Shown: in pieces, positions 48,901 to 60,960 of the stretch
Numbering within the stretch: the first letter of the stretch is position 1
Layout: each line of letters begins with the position of its first letter
Origin: Strigamia acuminata
Taxonomy: Eukaryota
Direction of reading: 5' to 3'
DNA length: 64,000 nt
Assembly (NCBI GenBank): GCA_949358305.1
Contig: OX442314.1
Coordinates: 10,168,001-10,232,000, forward strand
Translations under genes and position numbers: made by a program
Notes under the pieces: model-generated
The model's input: the letters and a program-made list of their open reading frames with translations, nothing else
Told to the model about the DNA's origin: nothing
Database searches by the model: none

Positions 48901-51900
48901 ATGACATTTTACCTTCTTTTCACAGCCAGATAAACCGCAGCCAAAACCATACCATCAAAAATCTGATTCGGTGCTCTTTGAAACTCGACAAAACATCTTT
49001 ACGAAAATTTAATAAAAAAATATAAATAAAATAATAAAAATAATTTCCACATTATCCCCTTAAAACCTCGAGCTTTCAAAATAAGACGTTATTTTAAACT
49101 CCGGGAACATCTGATCAATATCGTGTTTATACAAAAATCCCTGATCCAACGGCAATCCAGACAACTATCAACAATAATAAACAAATTAATAAACAAACAA
49201 ACAAACAAAAATAAATTAACCCACCACCACCGTCGTACACGGATCTCGACCGCTTAAAAACTTTGCGATTTCTCTCTCGTCTTGGTCGCCACGCACGAAA
49301 AAATGCGGATAAAACGCTCCTGCCAGCAGAACCTCAAAAACCAAACACAAAAATCGTTTAAACACAAAAAAACAAACAACTTTTAAGCCACAAATTCCTT
49401 AATTTCCACCTTCAAAGTCAACATTTCCTCCGGAGTTTGCACTTCCCGTTCTTGCACCCCGCAGACGTTGAATCTCTGCAAACGTATACGCAATTCTTCG
49501 ATCAACAAATCCACTTCTTTGAGTTTATTCAGCAAAACTGAGTGATAGGCCGCCCACTCCCTGTCCGTCTTAAGGCCAAGTGGGACGGTTTTTCGACCGT
49601 CTTTCTTCCTTCTCCACGCCTAAAACAAATTTACTCGCTTAATTTCCTCTGAAAATCGAAAAAACGCAATAAAATCGCACTTTATACGCGTTCAAAATGG
49701 CGAAGCAGTCACTATACGACTTATCAGACCACGAAACCTTATTCCTAAAAAAAAAAATATTTAAAAAATTAAATTAAAATAAAATTTATTTAAAAAAAAA
49801 TCAAACTAACGTCCAACATTCCAATTCCTTTCCGTAAACATTCGAAAAGATACTAGATACCGACAGACCGGCACCTAAAAACCAAATAAACGTTTAAAAA
49901 TCAAATTTACCCAATTTTCCTCCATTTTTTTACCGATGATTAAACACTCCTCGAGAAACCCAAAGATAAATCCGAGTACAATCAACTTCCCCACTTGAAC
50001 ATCGACCGGAAGTTGCGACAAAACATTCCCCAAGAACGTCAAATCGCCGTCGAAAGGCGTGAATTTCCCGTCGCAAAGCGTGTCCAACGCCCCAATCTTA
50101 ACCGGAAAAAAATAATTTAAATTAATTTCACCGATTAATCTGCATTTTAAAACGATTTCAACCTCTTTGAGTGTCAGCACACTGCGCTCAATATCGCCCG
50201 ATTTAGGCGGATCGAGCGCAAACGCGAGCACCGCTTTCGGTTCCCCCAATTGCAGAATTTTCGTCTGCAAAATGATCGATTCCAGTGGACAACGCTTCAT
50301 CTCCGGCGTTGCGTATTCGGGTAGAACAGCACGAAAGAAATTCTCGGGAACCATGCGATAAACACGACCTTTGCCGATCCGACCGGTTCGACCTAAAAAA
50401 AAAAAAATTTAAATTTTTAAAAAATAATTAATTTTGTTTTAAAATAAATTTTAATCGATGCCTTTTCTTTGCTTGCAATTCGCCTTCGAAGCCCATTCCA
50501 TCTGCAAACTTGTGTAATTCGTCTGGCGGTCGCATATCAAACTTTTGGTCAAACAAAAATCGATAACTGAAAAAATAATAAAAATAAAATAAATTATTTT
50601 GACAAATTTATCGATAAATACCGACCGTAAACGATATCGGTTACGGTGATTGAGCTTTCCGCGATATTTGTTGACAATATAATCTAAAAATTTAAAAATT
50701 TAAAAATTTAAAATGAAAAAAAAAATATTTTATTTCAAATATACTTTTCGCTGTCCCTCGGGAGGTTTATTAAAAACTCGGAGTCCGTTTTCGCCCACCG
50801 ATCGATCGGTCAACGACGCGTGCAATTGGAGAATGCTCCATCCGCAATTCAATTCGTCCTTCTTCAAAACGGCATCCAATCGTCTTATTTCGTCGATTCC
50901 CGGTAGAAAAATCAACACGCCGCCACGATCGGGCGCGAATTTCCTCCCGGAACCATAAACACTAAGAAAAAATAAAATAAAATAAAAATAAATTTTTTTT
51001 CTTTAAATAAAATTGACGAAATTTTACTTTTGTTCTTCGCATTCCATCGAGTCGAAGTTTTTGACTAACGAACTGACTATACTTAGAGCCTTGTCGTCGA
51101 TTCTCGGACATTTATCGTCAATAACGGGCAACTAAAATTGGGAAATGTGAAATTTAAATGTTTATTTGTTGGTTATTTGTTACCTCGCCCAACGGGGCCA
51201 AATCGGTTAGCCAATATTCGGATATGGAGTATTTTGTTTGGTGTAGATTGATGCAAATCGGTTGCTCCAGACGGCCGTGGTAGGGCATTGAGAAGTAACG
51301 GCCGAATTCGGTGACGTCGAATGAGGCGGACATCAAAATCACCTGGGAAGCGGGGAAATGGAATGAAATGTTTTCGGTTTGTGGGTGAAAAGTTTGCGGT
51401 TTAAATTGCGGGAAATTACTCGAACTTGGCGGGAACATGTTCGTAAAAATTTCCTCACGACCAAAAGTACAAAATCCATATTTTGATCTCGCTCGTGAAC
51501 CTAAAAAAATAAAAATATATAAAAATTGGATTTTTCGATATACAAAAAAAATATTTTTTCGTCTAAATAAAAAAATTTTCGTCTAAATAAAAAAAATTTC
51601 GTCTAAAAAAATCAAAAAAATCAATTTTACCACAGAAAAAAATCAATTTTCAACAATAAAATTAATTTTTCGACAATAAAATCAATTTTTCGTCAATAAA
51701 ATCAACTTTTCGAGAATAAAATCAATTTTTCGACAATAAAAACATTTTTTCGTCTAAAAAATAAATTTTTCGTTTAAAAAATAAATTTTTCGTCTAAAAA
51801 ATAAATTTTTCGTCTAAAAAATAAATTTTTCTTCTAAAAAATAAATTTTTTGTCAAAAAAACCAATCTTTCAAAAAAAAATAATTTTTAAACAAAGTCAA

Positions 51901-52956
51901 TTTTACGACAGAAAAAAAATCAACTTTCGACAATAAAATCAATTTTTCGATAATAAAATCAATTTTTCGACAAACAACATCACCTCATCTAAAATAACAT
52001 GACTGAAATCATCCATATTCTTTTTATTGACTAGATGCTTCAAAAACACACCAGTTGTCATATACGTAACGCACGTGTATTTGGACACTTTACTTTTTTC
52101 CATTCCAATCTAAAAAACGAGAAAAAAAACAAAAAATAAACCAAAACAAAAAAAAAAACAAAAAAAAACCCAACAATTTTCTACCTTATAACCAACCAAA
52201 TCTCCAAGTTGCCAACTCCTTTCCTTACAAACCCTCATCGCAATACTGATCGCCGCAATCCTCCTCGGTTGCGTCACAACTATATTACAAGGCTCATTCC
52301 TCTCCTGATGATAATCCAAAATAAACTGCGGCACTTGTGTCGTCTTCCCGGACCCCGTCGCACCTTCGATGATCATAACTTGTTGATTTTTAATCCCCTC
52401 GAGTATCTAAACACCAAAAAAACACACATCAAACCCCAAAAACACAAAAATACTCATTTTTCTCTTTTACTTCATCCTTGTGTCGCGTTGTCGGCAAATC
52501 GGGGTTATATCGGTGAGTAAAATCAATCTTCTTGTACACTTCTGAACAGTTAGTAAGATTGAGATTGCTCACCCCCGCGCCGATACTTTCCATCTCCATT
52601 TCGCTCATTTGACTCAGTGTTTGTTGCGTTTGCGACGGAGATGTCGGGCCGGCTAATTCGTTCAACATTTCACGTTTATCTTGGTTTAAATACTCGTCGA
52701 CGTAACTCATTTGTTCCTTCTCACTGAAAAATATTTAATTTGTAGATTAATTTGTGTTAAAACGCGTTTTATGTCATTACCTCAACGTGTAGGACTTGGG
52801 CGGCGCTTTAAGTGGCCGCTTTGTAGGGGATTTGACTCGTGCTCCTTTGACTTCGACGTGTGGCATGTCTCCGTCGAGTTTGAGACAATTTAATAGGTCG
52901 TCAGCGGTGATTTCTGTTGGGTTTCTAAGTTTGCGAGTGGGACGAGACGAAGCCAT
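45998..52956 (-). CDS. TDRD9: ATP-dependent RNA helicase TDRD9 / spindle-E (DExH helicase + HA2 + Tudor + C-terminal C2H2 finger), piRNA pathway
   Basis: ATG at 52956 and stop at 45998-46000. About 31 exons with mostly 50-80 nt introns can be followed in frame. Motifs: GATGSGKTTQVPQ (I), TQPRRIAA (Ia), ILDE|VHER (II), MSAS (III), LIFLPG (IV), STNIAESSITV (V), QRKG|RTGR (VI), PEMKRCPLE, LLAGAFYP, Tudor segment YCRARV..FYDYG, GPHSPLE, SVNSVVLD, TGALCGLG, and terminal CLFC..HLKLMQH. Confidence 0.96.
48590..48897. repeat. 10/11-bp tandem repeat (AAATTTAATC / AAATTTCATC)n in a TDRD9 intron
   Basis: Directly visible array filling the intron. Confidence 0.95.
51530..51972. repeat. About 20-bp A/T-tract tandem repeats in a TDRD9 intron
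   Basis: Units such as ATAAATTTTTCGTCTAAAAA and ATCAATTTTTCGACAATAAA. Confidence 0.9.
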
Positions 52957-55044
52957 TGTTTGAAAAAGCGAAGCGCTCGCGCAAATATTCTATAATAAAT
53001 TTTGGCGCTTATTTCAAGAATTATTTTCAACGAATCTGTGTGTGAATAAATTTGTAGGGTTAATTAGGATTGAGGAAAATTATTTTTATGGTTGTGGTCG
53101 TGGCACCTGGTGGAAAACGAGTTGAAGTTGTCGACCAGAGTGAAACTTCAACAAAAATGAGGTTATTTATTTTCTCCACGAGGTGGGGACACTCTCTGGT
53201 TAACTAGCTGCAGGATAGTACTGGTGTTTTTTTGGTGAAATTATGATAAATGTGGATGATAGAATTGTTTAATAACTTTTTGTAATTTTAGTATCGGTAG
53301 AAATAATTTGAATATTTTATTTGTAAAGATTGGACTTAGATATGCTTTTTTGAAGTTTTTGTATTTCGAGTATCGGTCTGCGACTAACTGTTTTGGCTTG
53401 TGGACGTTGATGGCGGACACACATTTGTGATTAGGATTATCAAGGGTGAGTTTTCGAGATAAACGTGGAAATAACTACGAATAAAATTATGAATAATATT
53501 TACAAAACTGTAATGATAAATTTTAAATTTTATTTTGTGGTTTATTGGCAAGTGTGCGCCGAGAACAAACATTAATTCGTATTTTCGTTTTAAATTTCAG
53601 GCTAACCATGCTGAGAACACTCGCGAATTTCGTCTTAAAACCGTTTCTACAAACCAAAATAAATTTCGGTAAGTAACACGAAGATGTGTAAATAAAGTTA
53701 TTGTTTGCAAAGTTTTGTGTATATGAAATAATTTCATTGATTTCAGTTGATTTTAGACCTGAAAATTGATGAAAATGCCTAAAAATGTTGAATTTCACTC
53801 AACTAAACTGCAAACAACAACTTTTTACACCTAAAAACCCAACAAGAAATCAATATATAATATTTAAAAAAAAAAATACATATATCTATTATATATGAAT
53901 AAAAAATATATAAAAACTTTTAAGTGATTACACTAAAAACCAAAAAACTCTTTTTATGCAAAATTTACTTCCATCATTGAATTTTCTCCGAAATAAAAAA
54001 GAAATAAATAAAAAATGAACAATATTTTTCCATAGAAATAAAAAAAAAATCAATGATTGAAATAAATATTTATCATAAAAACGAGTGAAATATTGTTTTC
54101 CACTTGTCCGCCATCTCATCAATTGCTAAGAATATTTCCAAAACCAAAAAAAAAAGACACTAAATAAATATTAAATAAACATAATCTTAGAAAGAAGCGT
54201 GTCATTTGCAAGCGTGACATATGTCACCGCATGACAAGATGACTCCCTTTCTGCTAACCACCTCGACAAAAAAGTGATAAAAATAAAAATAAAAATAAAA
54301 AAAACAGCGAGAAACTGTTGATTTAATATGCATTATGCATAATTAATCGCCACCACAACATCTTTGCATACCAGATGCTCTTTTCAATAATTTAGAAGCA
54401 AAAAGATCGGCGCAGAAAACCAATAGCAATTATTTAAAAGATAAAAAAAGAGAATTAAAAAGTTTTGAATCCAGAAGACGGTTGCATTAAGGCGGGTAAT
54501 AAGTCATTTGTTTATCAGTTGTATCTGTGCTGCTGTATTTTTCAATATAAAAGCGTCATTACGACGGTGGTCCATTCGTTCATTGTGTTTTTGATGGATG
54601 GCCAGTCAACTGTTGGACTAAACTTTGATAATGCGAGGTCTATTGATTGGTCATTGCATGCTGTCCTTTTTTGCTCGAGGAAATGTGCACTTAATATTCT
54701 TTAAAATCCATCAAGGAAATTGTTATTTAAAGTATTGTTTTGGTGGCAAGGGGAAATGATTTTTTTTTTTGTTGACGAGAGAGAAAAAAAAGATTTTTGG
54801 GTGTGTGATTACCGGTGAATGTTCTCATTGTATTCTTCGCAAAGCGGGTTTAGATTGACCGAAACGAATAAATTCAATATCTGAATTAAACTAAATGACG
54901 GCCACTCCAGAAGAATGTTTAATGTATGTAATTGGTTAAGTGACACCGGTAAAAAATTAGTTTAAATAAGTTTAGTGTATTATTTTAATGACGCGCTGTG
55001 ATTGGTTGAGATCTATTGATGTTGGTTCGTTTCCTCAAGACGAT

Positions 55045-56038
55045 AGGTGCGTTCAATTTGCGAAAGGAAAGAAAAATCTTTCCTTTTCTTACTTTGGCAA
55101 AGGAAGAAAAGGTACTTTAGAATGAATGCATTGTTGTTACTTTCCTTTGGTTTGCACATGCTCAAATTCTAGTTTTAGCATGCTGTAATCTGATTTTTGT
55201 TGGATGTTGAACCGGATTAATTGCAAATTTCATCTATAAATTCATCGTTAATGTAAAACAATCGAAATTATGTATTGGTATATTTTATTATGATGTAAGA
55301 ATCAAATGTGTAATAATGACGTGCGCATTGTAAACAAACAGAACTCACAACGAACTCGAAATGTAAACATGTAGCAACGATCTTGCAAAGAAACGAACGA
55401 ACGTAACTGTCAAAATCAGTGTTTATAAACACATTAATGTAATCAAAGTCGTAGTGCAATTAAACGCAATAACTAATCGTGCAAAGGATTCGTTTTCTAA
55501 TTAACTCCGGATTCGACAATTTTAATCTGGTTTTAATAAACACAAATTCAGTTTTTAGTAACTAATGAACGTTTTTTCGATAAAAACGAACGTTTTTTGA
55601 TAAAAACGAACGTTTTTTGATAAAAACGAACGTTTTTTGATAAAAACGAACGTTTTTTGATAAAAACGAACGTTTTTTGATAAAAACGAACGTTTTTTGA
55701 TAAAAACGAACGTTTTTTGATAAAAACGAACGTTTTTTGATAAAAACGAACGTTTTTTGATAAAAACGAACGTTTTTTTCAGTTAAAATGAATGTTTTAC
55801 CATTATGTCAAGTGATAAACCTTTACTTGATTGTTGGTTCGGCTGACAAATGACTAATGCGCATGCGCCGATCGCAAAAGTAAAAGTGAAAGGAAGAAAA
55901 GTAACCCAAACGCTACCTTTGCCTAAAGTGACTTTGGCCACTTTCCTTTCGGAAATAATGACGTTTTTGACGTCACTTCCGGTGGCGAAAGTAATGAAAG
56001 GAAAGATTCTTCTTTCCTTTCGCAAATTGAACGCACCT
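55045..56038. mobile_element. PIF/Harbinger-like non-autonomous element nested in another TIR element (about 54977-56202)
   Basis: TIR AGGTGCGTTCAATTTGCGAAAGGAAAGA with 3-bp TSD GAT. Outer IR GTATTATTTT..GCGCTGTGATTGGTTGAGA. A left-end copy lies at about 39953. Confidence 0.85.
55566..55779. repeat. 20-bp minisatellite (TAAAAACGAACGTTTTTTGA)n
   Basis: About 10 near-perfect units. Confidence 0.97.
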
Positions 56039-56392
56039 GATGTTTTCAAGGTTTTATCTTCTTTTTTCTTACAAGGGGGGGGGGGGCATAGGCCCCCAAA
56101 CCTAATCTTATTTGTTTTTAGCAACGTAGACTAAATCGAGTATTTTCATAAATGTATTTCAATGCATCTCTCAACCAATCACAGCGCATCATGAAAATAA
56201 TACGTTCAGGTCGGACATGAACATATCGGGGTCGCATACTTGCTGGGACATTATGTACCGCGACAAGCCGTCCCAAAAAAATGGTTTGCATCTAAAAACC
56301 AGTAAGGTTCAGTGCTGGATTGGCCACATCACCACGTGGATTATTGTTAATAACCCTAGTCAAACCAAGCCAGAATAGAAGTCTGGATTATA

Positions 56393-56926
56393 CAGTGGTG
56401 GAAAAAAGTTTGAGACCACTACAGGTTTTTTAGTTGCAAGTCAAATTTTGATGCCAACTCTTGCAGTTGTTACACCAAATTCTGCGTTTGTTTCACTACA
56501 TTCTGAAGCAATATACTACTCTTCTTCCATTTAGAGATGAAATTAATGTTCCAATGTTTGAATTTCACCAAATAATGCACCTACCCCATGCTAAGGACAA
56601 CACCAAATAGTCTAAAATATTTAGTTAATTCAATGACAAATAGGTTCATTATAGTTATTAGAACGAATAGGAAGCATTCCAAACATTAGAAATGAAAATT
56701 GGTTATATTTTTGATGATTTAGAGCACATGGTCTCAAACTTTTTTCCAGCATAAATGACATTTTTTGAACAATTTTTTTTATTTCTTAAATTTGATTTGA
56801 GTTATTGTCTTATAATTTTAAACAATGCTTTATTGTCATGATATAAACCTGTAAATACATTTTCAAGTCAAAATTTGACTTGCAACTAAGAAACCTGTAG
56901 TGGTCTCAAACTTTTTTCCACCACTG
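56393..56926. mobile_element. Tc1-like MITE (IR/DR type)
   Basis: About 58-bp TIR CAGTGGTGGAAAAAAGTTTGAGACCACTACAGG, TA TSD, and an internal repeat of the terminal motif at about 56729-56750. Confidence 0.9.
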
Positions 56927-57903
56927 TAGTTGCAGTTTCCCAAGTCGCGGTAGATAGTGTTGCGGTAGATGGTATGCCCCGACATACCACTTCGTTAAAT
57001 ATATATTTTTCTTTGGTTAGGGGTGCGATCACATATTTTAAAAGTTATGGGATGCCTGATCGCTTGTTCGGTCAATCTGTACGGTGATGGGCAAGGTATT
57101 TGTTAATCTTTTATACAGCGAGGGAAACCAATCTGCAGAAAGAAAGGTTTCTTAGTTAAATAATTCACAAAAGTTAAGGTAGAAAGTTCAAGGGGGTCGA
57201 AGGAGGGGATATACATCCAAACTTGTATAGAGGGGCCAGGTGTTCTGGCTTTAGGAGCAACACTTTATCCAAACACTGACCGGGCCAAGTGATACTTAAC
57301 TTGTGTGTCAAATAATCATTAGGTCAAATCTGAATTGAAGAGAGTTTTTAAGTTGGCTTTCCTCTAATCGGTTCTAGCGCTTCAACTATGCGTAGACTCA
57401 AATGATTTTTTGTTTACATTATAGTTCCGAATAGCTCATTCCATCAATGATCGTTTTGACCACTGAAGATAATCGTTTGATCGAAAGGCCTATGGTTTAA
57501 AATTAATCTTTTGAAGCGCCATTAATGTCATTAAAATCATTTTATTTATTGTCACAAAGAAAGTGAGCATAGAGATAGATGTTTTTTACATTCCATCATT
57601 AGAACATGGAAGTTAAGCAGCAGAACGACTAAAAGTCGCCGGTTTATATTGACGTATGTTTAGTCGACTCCGTTTTTACTTAATGCTGGGCTTTTTTAAC
57701 AAGGGGGGCTTGTGCCCCTTTGACCCTGCAAACCTAACCTTACCCATTCACAACTCTTCGGAGTCCGAGCCATTTTGTTTTTTCCCACCAGAATTTGAGG
57801 CAGGAGTTAAACCATTGGATTTTCTCCATTGCCATAATTCTTCGATCCTAAGACGCTGCGCTGCCGGGGCTTGTCATCTAGCGCGACACTATCTACTGCG
57901 ACA

Positions 57904-58081
57904 CAGAGATCTGTATTGGCGTAAAATCCTTACCCGTTACCCGTCCGTTACCCGTCTCTAAAAAAAATTCTCTATCCTACTTTACCCGTACCCTTCCTGA
58001 ACGCGATCACGTGTGCCAGAGATGTGCATTGGCGTAAAAACCGTACCCCTTACGGGTACGGGTACCCAATGCAGATTTCTG
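57904..58081. mobile_element. hAT MITE
   Basis: TIR CAGAGATCTGTATTGG / CCAATGCAGATTTCTG, 8-bp flanks CTGCGACA / CTCCGACA, and TACCCG subterminal repeats. Confidence 0.8.
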
Positions 58082-58872
58082 CTCCGACATCAATAAACCG
58101 CGACTTGGGAAACTGCGACTATACGTATATTTTGGGTTTTTTTTTTTCTTTCTCCTAAGAAGGGCTAACAAGGGAGGGCTTTTGCCCCTTTTTAAACATT
58201 CCTAAAAACGGGGTGTCTTACAATCGATGGTGTCTTAGAATCGAAGAAATACAGTAAGTCTGGGTAAATCTATATTTCTAAAGGTAGTGCTAGATTGAGG
58301 ATCAAGTTTGAATGCTGCTTTTATGTTGTTCAATCGAGCAATTTAAAAAAAAAAATCATAATAAACTCAGAGGGGACTTACCCTATGATTATCGTGGAAA
58401 CAGCTTTTTTCCCAGAACCATGCAAGGTGCCGACTTGTTAGTTTATCTTATGTTTTTCAAAACAGTAGTTACCATGCATGCACTCAATACTTGGTATACA
58501 AAATTAATCTGTTGGTATTATCATATCAAGAATTCTTGACAAGTAGGCACCTTATTATTATTAAGCAGGAAAAAAGGAAAAAGAATTTAAATTCAAATCA
58601 ACAAGCATTGTTTGCTTCCACTTGATTAATCAAATATTCAGTGTGGGAAAAGTGGACACATGTGTTTAACTCGCACACCAGGTTCTCAACACCCCTTCAC
58701 CTCATGAAATTTCCCTCCTTCTCAGTGTATGGATTAATTTAACCCATGATTTTAACCCTTTGTCACATGAAAAGTTTGTGATTTTATCAATGAAGAATTT
58801 ACTAATGGAATAAAAGTAGCACGCTACGCTAGCGCTGAATTACTGAATTACGCTGGAGTAGGTTTTTTATTA

Positions 58873-59046
58873 CAGTCAAAATTGTGTATAACGAATCACA
58901 AGGGACCCAAAAAATCGATCCGTTATACCGAGAATTTGTTATATCGAAATTTTTTAACATGGTGTTCTATGGCCAGCAATCATTTTTAGGTATTTGTTAT
59001 ATCGATAATTCGTTATATCGCGATCCGTTATAAAGAGTCTCGGCTG
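58873..59046. mobile_element. pogo/Tigger-like MITE
   Basis: Direct copy of 39077-39259 with TA flanks. Confidence 0.85.
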
Positions 59047-60589
59047 TACAACAAGCACTATCCAGGAAATTCACTTCAGCAATGGGAAAATTTTTATTTT
59101 TAAGAACAAAAATTCATTTTTGTGTGTAAAAATTGCGTGTACTTTCGTTATCAACATGGCTGCGCCAATAGATAATCAACTGACTGCGCAAGGTATTGTG
59201 GGAAGTGCTTTGGCAGTTATCGCGTTCAGCCAACTCGCTTTGCGTGATCTGGTTTAAACGTTTTTAAACTATACAGTTATACCCCGTCCGCTGAACTCTT
59301 TATAACTAGTTGTATATATGTAGTGCGAACACAACTAGCTTATCCTAAGCTGGCTTATCAGTTTTGAAACTAGATAAAATTATCAAGTTTTGGGAACTTT
59401 AGTCTTCTACATAAGAACCTCCAAGTTACGAACTTCCAAAGATGGAAACATGCCGTAAATTTCTTCAAATTGTGCGGCAGCGCGTAAGTTAGTTTGCGTG
59501 TCAGTCCTCATATGTCTTCAGCTGTTGTACTTTTCAAAGTAAGATTAAAAATGTTTTCATTAAATAGGATTAACAATTTTTCCACCTTGTACACCTTTGC
59601 TGGACTTAAGATCAATTCGACTTGCAAACGCATTCTCGGCACAGAACTTATTCCCTGTTACAACTCCTGGCAAATAGTATTTCATATTTTTTTCCAATAC
59701 TTGATTTTCCTTTTTGTATTTTTCTAATTGATAAATAAAAAGATATTGTCTCACTTAAAAACGCTGTTTTATTCTAAATAAAGTGTAGTTTCTAAATTTC
59801 TCAACAGTTTATTACCATCGTCTCTTTTATCTTTGTTATGGCCAGCCAAAGTGAGAAGATGAGTGCTGGGAAAAAAGTATTCGATACTATTTGCCAGGGG
59901 TTGTATACGCCGCTGAATCCGAGAGTTTGCGGAAGAGTACGTGTGGCGTTATAAAATGTGAGGTTGTAACCTTATAATTGTAGTTTAAATTCATAAATTT
60001 GCGTTTGCCAGTTAGCACTTTTGCGTTCTAATGCTATCTTTCTACTTTTACTGTCCATTTTATGTGAATTTTAGAGTTATAGATTGAAAATGCTGGTGTT
60101 TGACGAGTGATTTGTATTAAAAAGGGTGTAAATCGATGTGTTTGAGTTTAGTTGTGTAGAATTCGGGGACCACCTGGCGGTGTTTACGTGAGTGGCTAAA
60201 TTTAGGGTCATTTGAGGTGGTGTGTGGGCAAACTAAGGCGGCTTTTCCTGTCGCCGCTACGACTCGTCTAAATGGGATCCAAAGTGGGGCACGTGCCGAG
60301 AACTGGGCCAATTATGAAAGCCACGAGCTGGGGATCACCGGAGCGGAGAGAAGCGGGTCCCATGATCTCGATTCATCCACCTGGCGGCGAAATGCGAGTT
60401 GGGTTTGCCGTTAGTTGTGAATGCGAACATATGGTGTTTGGAAGTTGAAATGAAATGTGGGTTCATTGATTTTAGTGTTTGGCTCAATTTGTAAACCGCT
60501 AATTATGTCACCCAATCTGCTAATTGCTTTTTGGTTACGTTGTTACTGATTTGTAGGTGGATTAAAACTATTAAAAAAGGGAGAAACCT

Positions 60590-60960
60590 AGCGGAAAATA
60601 GCTGAAATAAGCCTTTTTATATATAAAAATATCTGAAATAAGCTTTTTTACGCCTAAAAATATCTGAAATAAGCCATTTTATGCCTAAAAATATTTGAAA
60701 TAAGCCATTTTATGAAAAAAAAATTGAAATAAGCTATTTTATACATAAAACTATCTGAAATAAGCCATTTTATGCCTGTAAATATCTGAAATAAGCCATT
60801 TTATGCCTAAAAATATTTGAAATAAGCCATTTTATGCAACAAAAAAAATTGAAATAAGCTATTTTATACATATAAATATCTGAAATAAGCCATTTTATGC
60901 CTAAAAATGTCTGAATTAAGCTATTTTATAGGTAAAAACTATTAAAATAAACTGTTTTAT
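60590..60960. repeat. 30/31-bp minisatellite (AAATATCTGAAATAAGCCATTTTATGCCTA)n
   Basis: About 12 units. Confidence 0.93.

Noticed and set aside
52224..52236. TTACAAACCCTC as the right TIR of the element starting at 16900
   Set aside because: It lies in a TDRD9 coding exon 35 kb away and is not followed by TTAA; a chance match.
60150..60420. Known structural RNA (RNase P/MRP, 7SK, U11/U12)
   Set aside because: I could not find their conserved sequence boxes; an Rfam scan would be needed.
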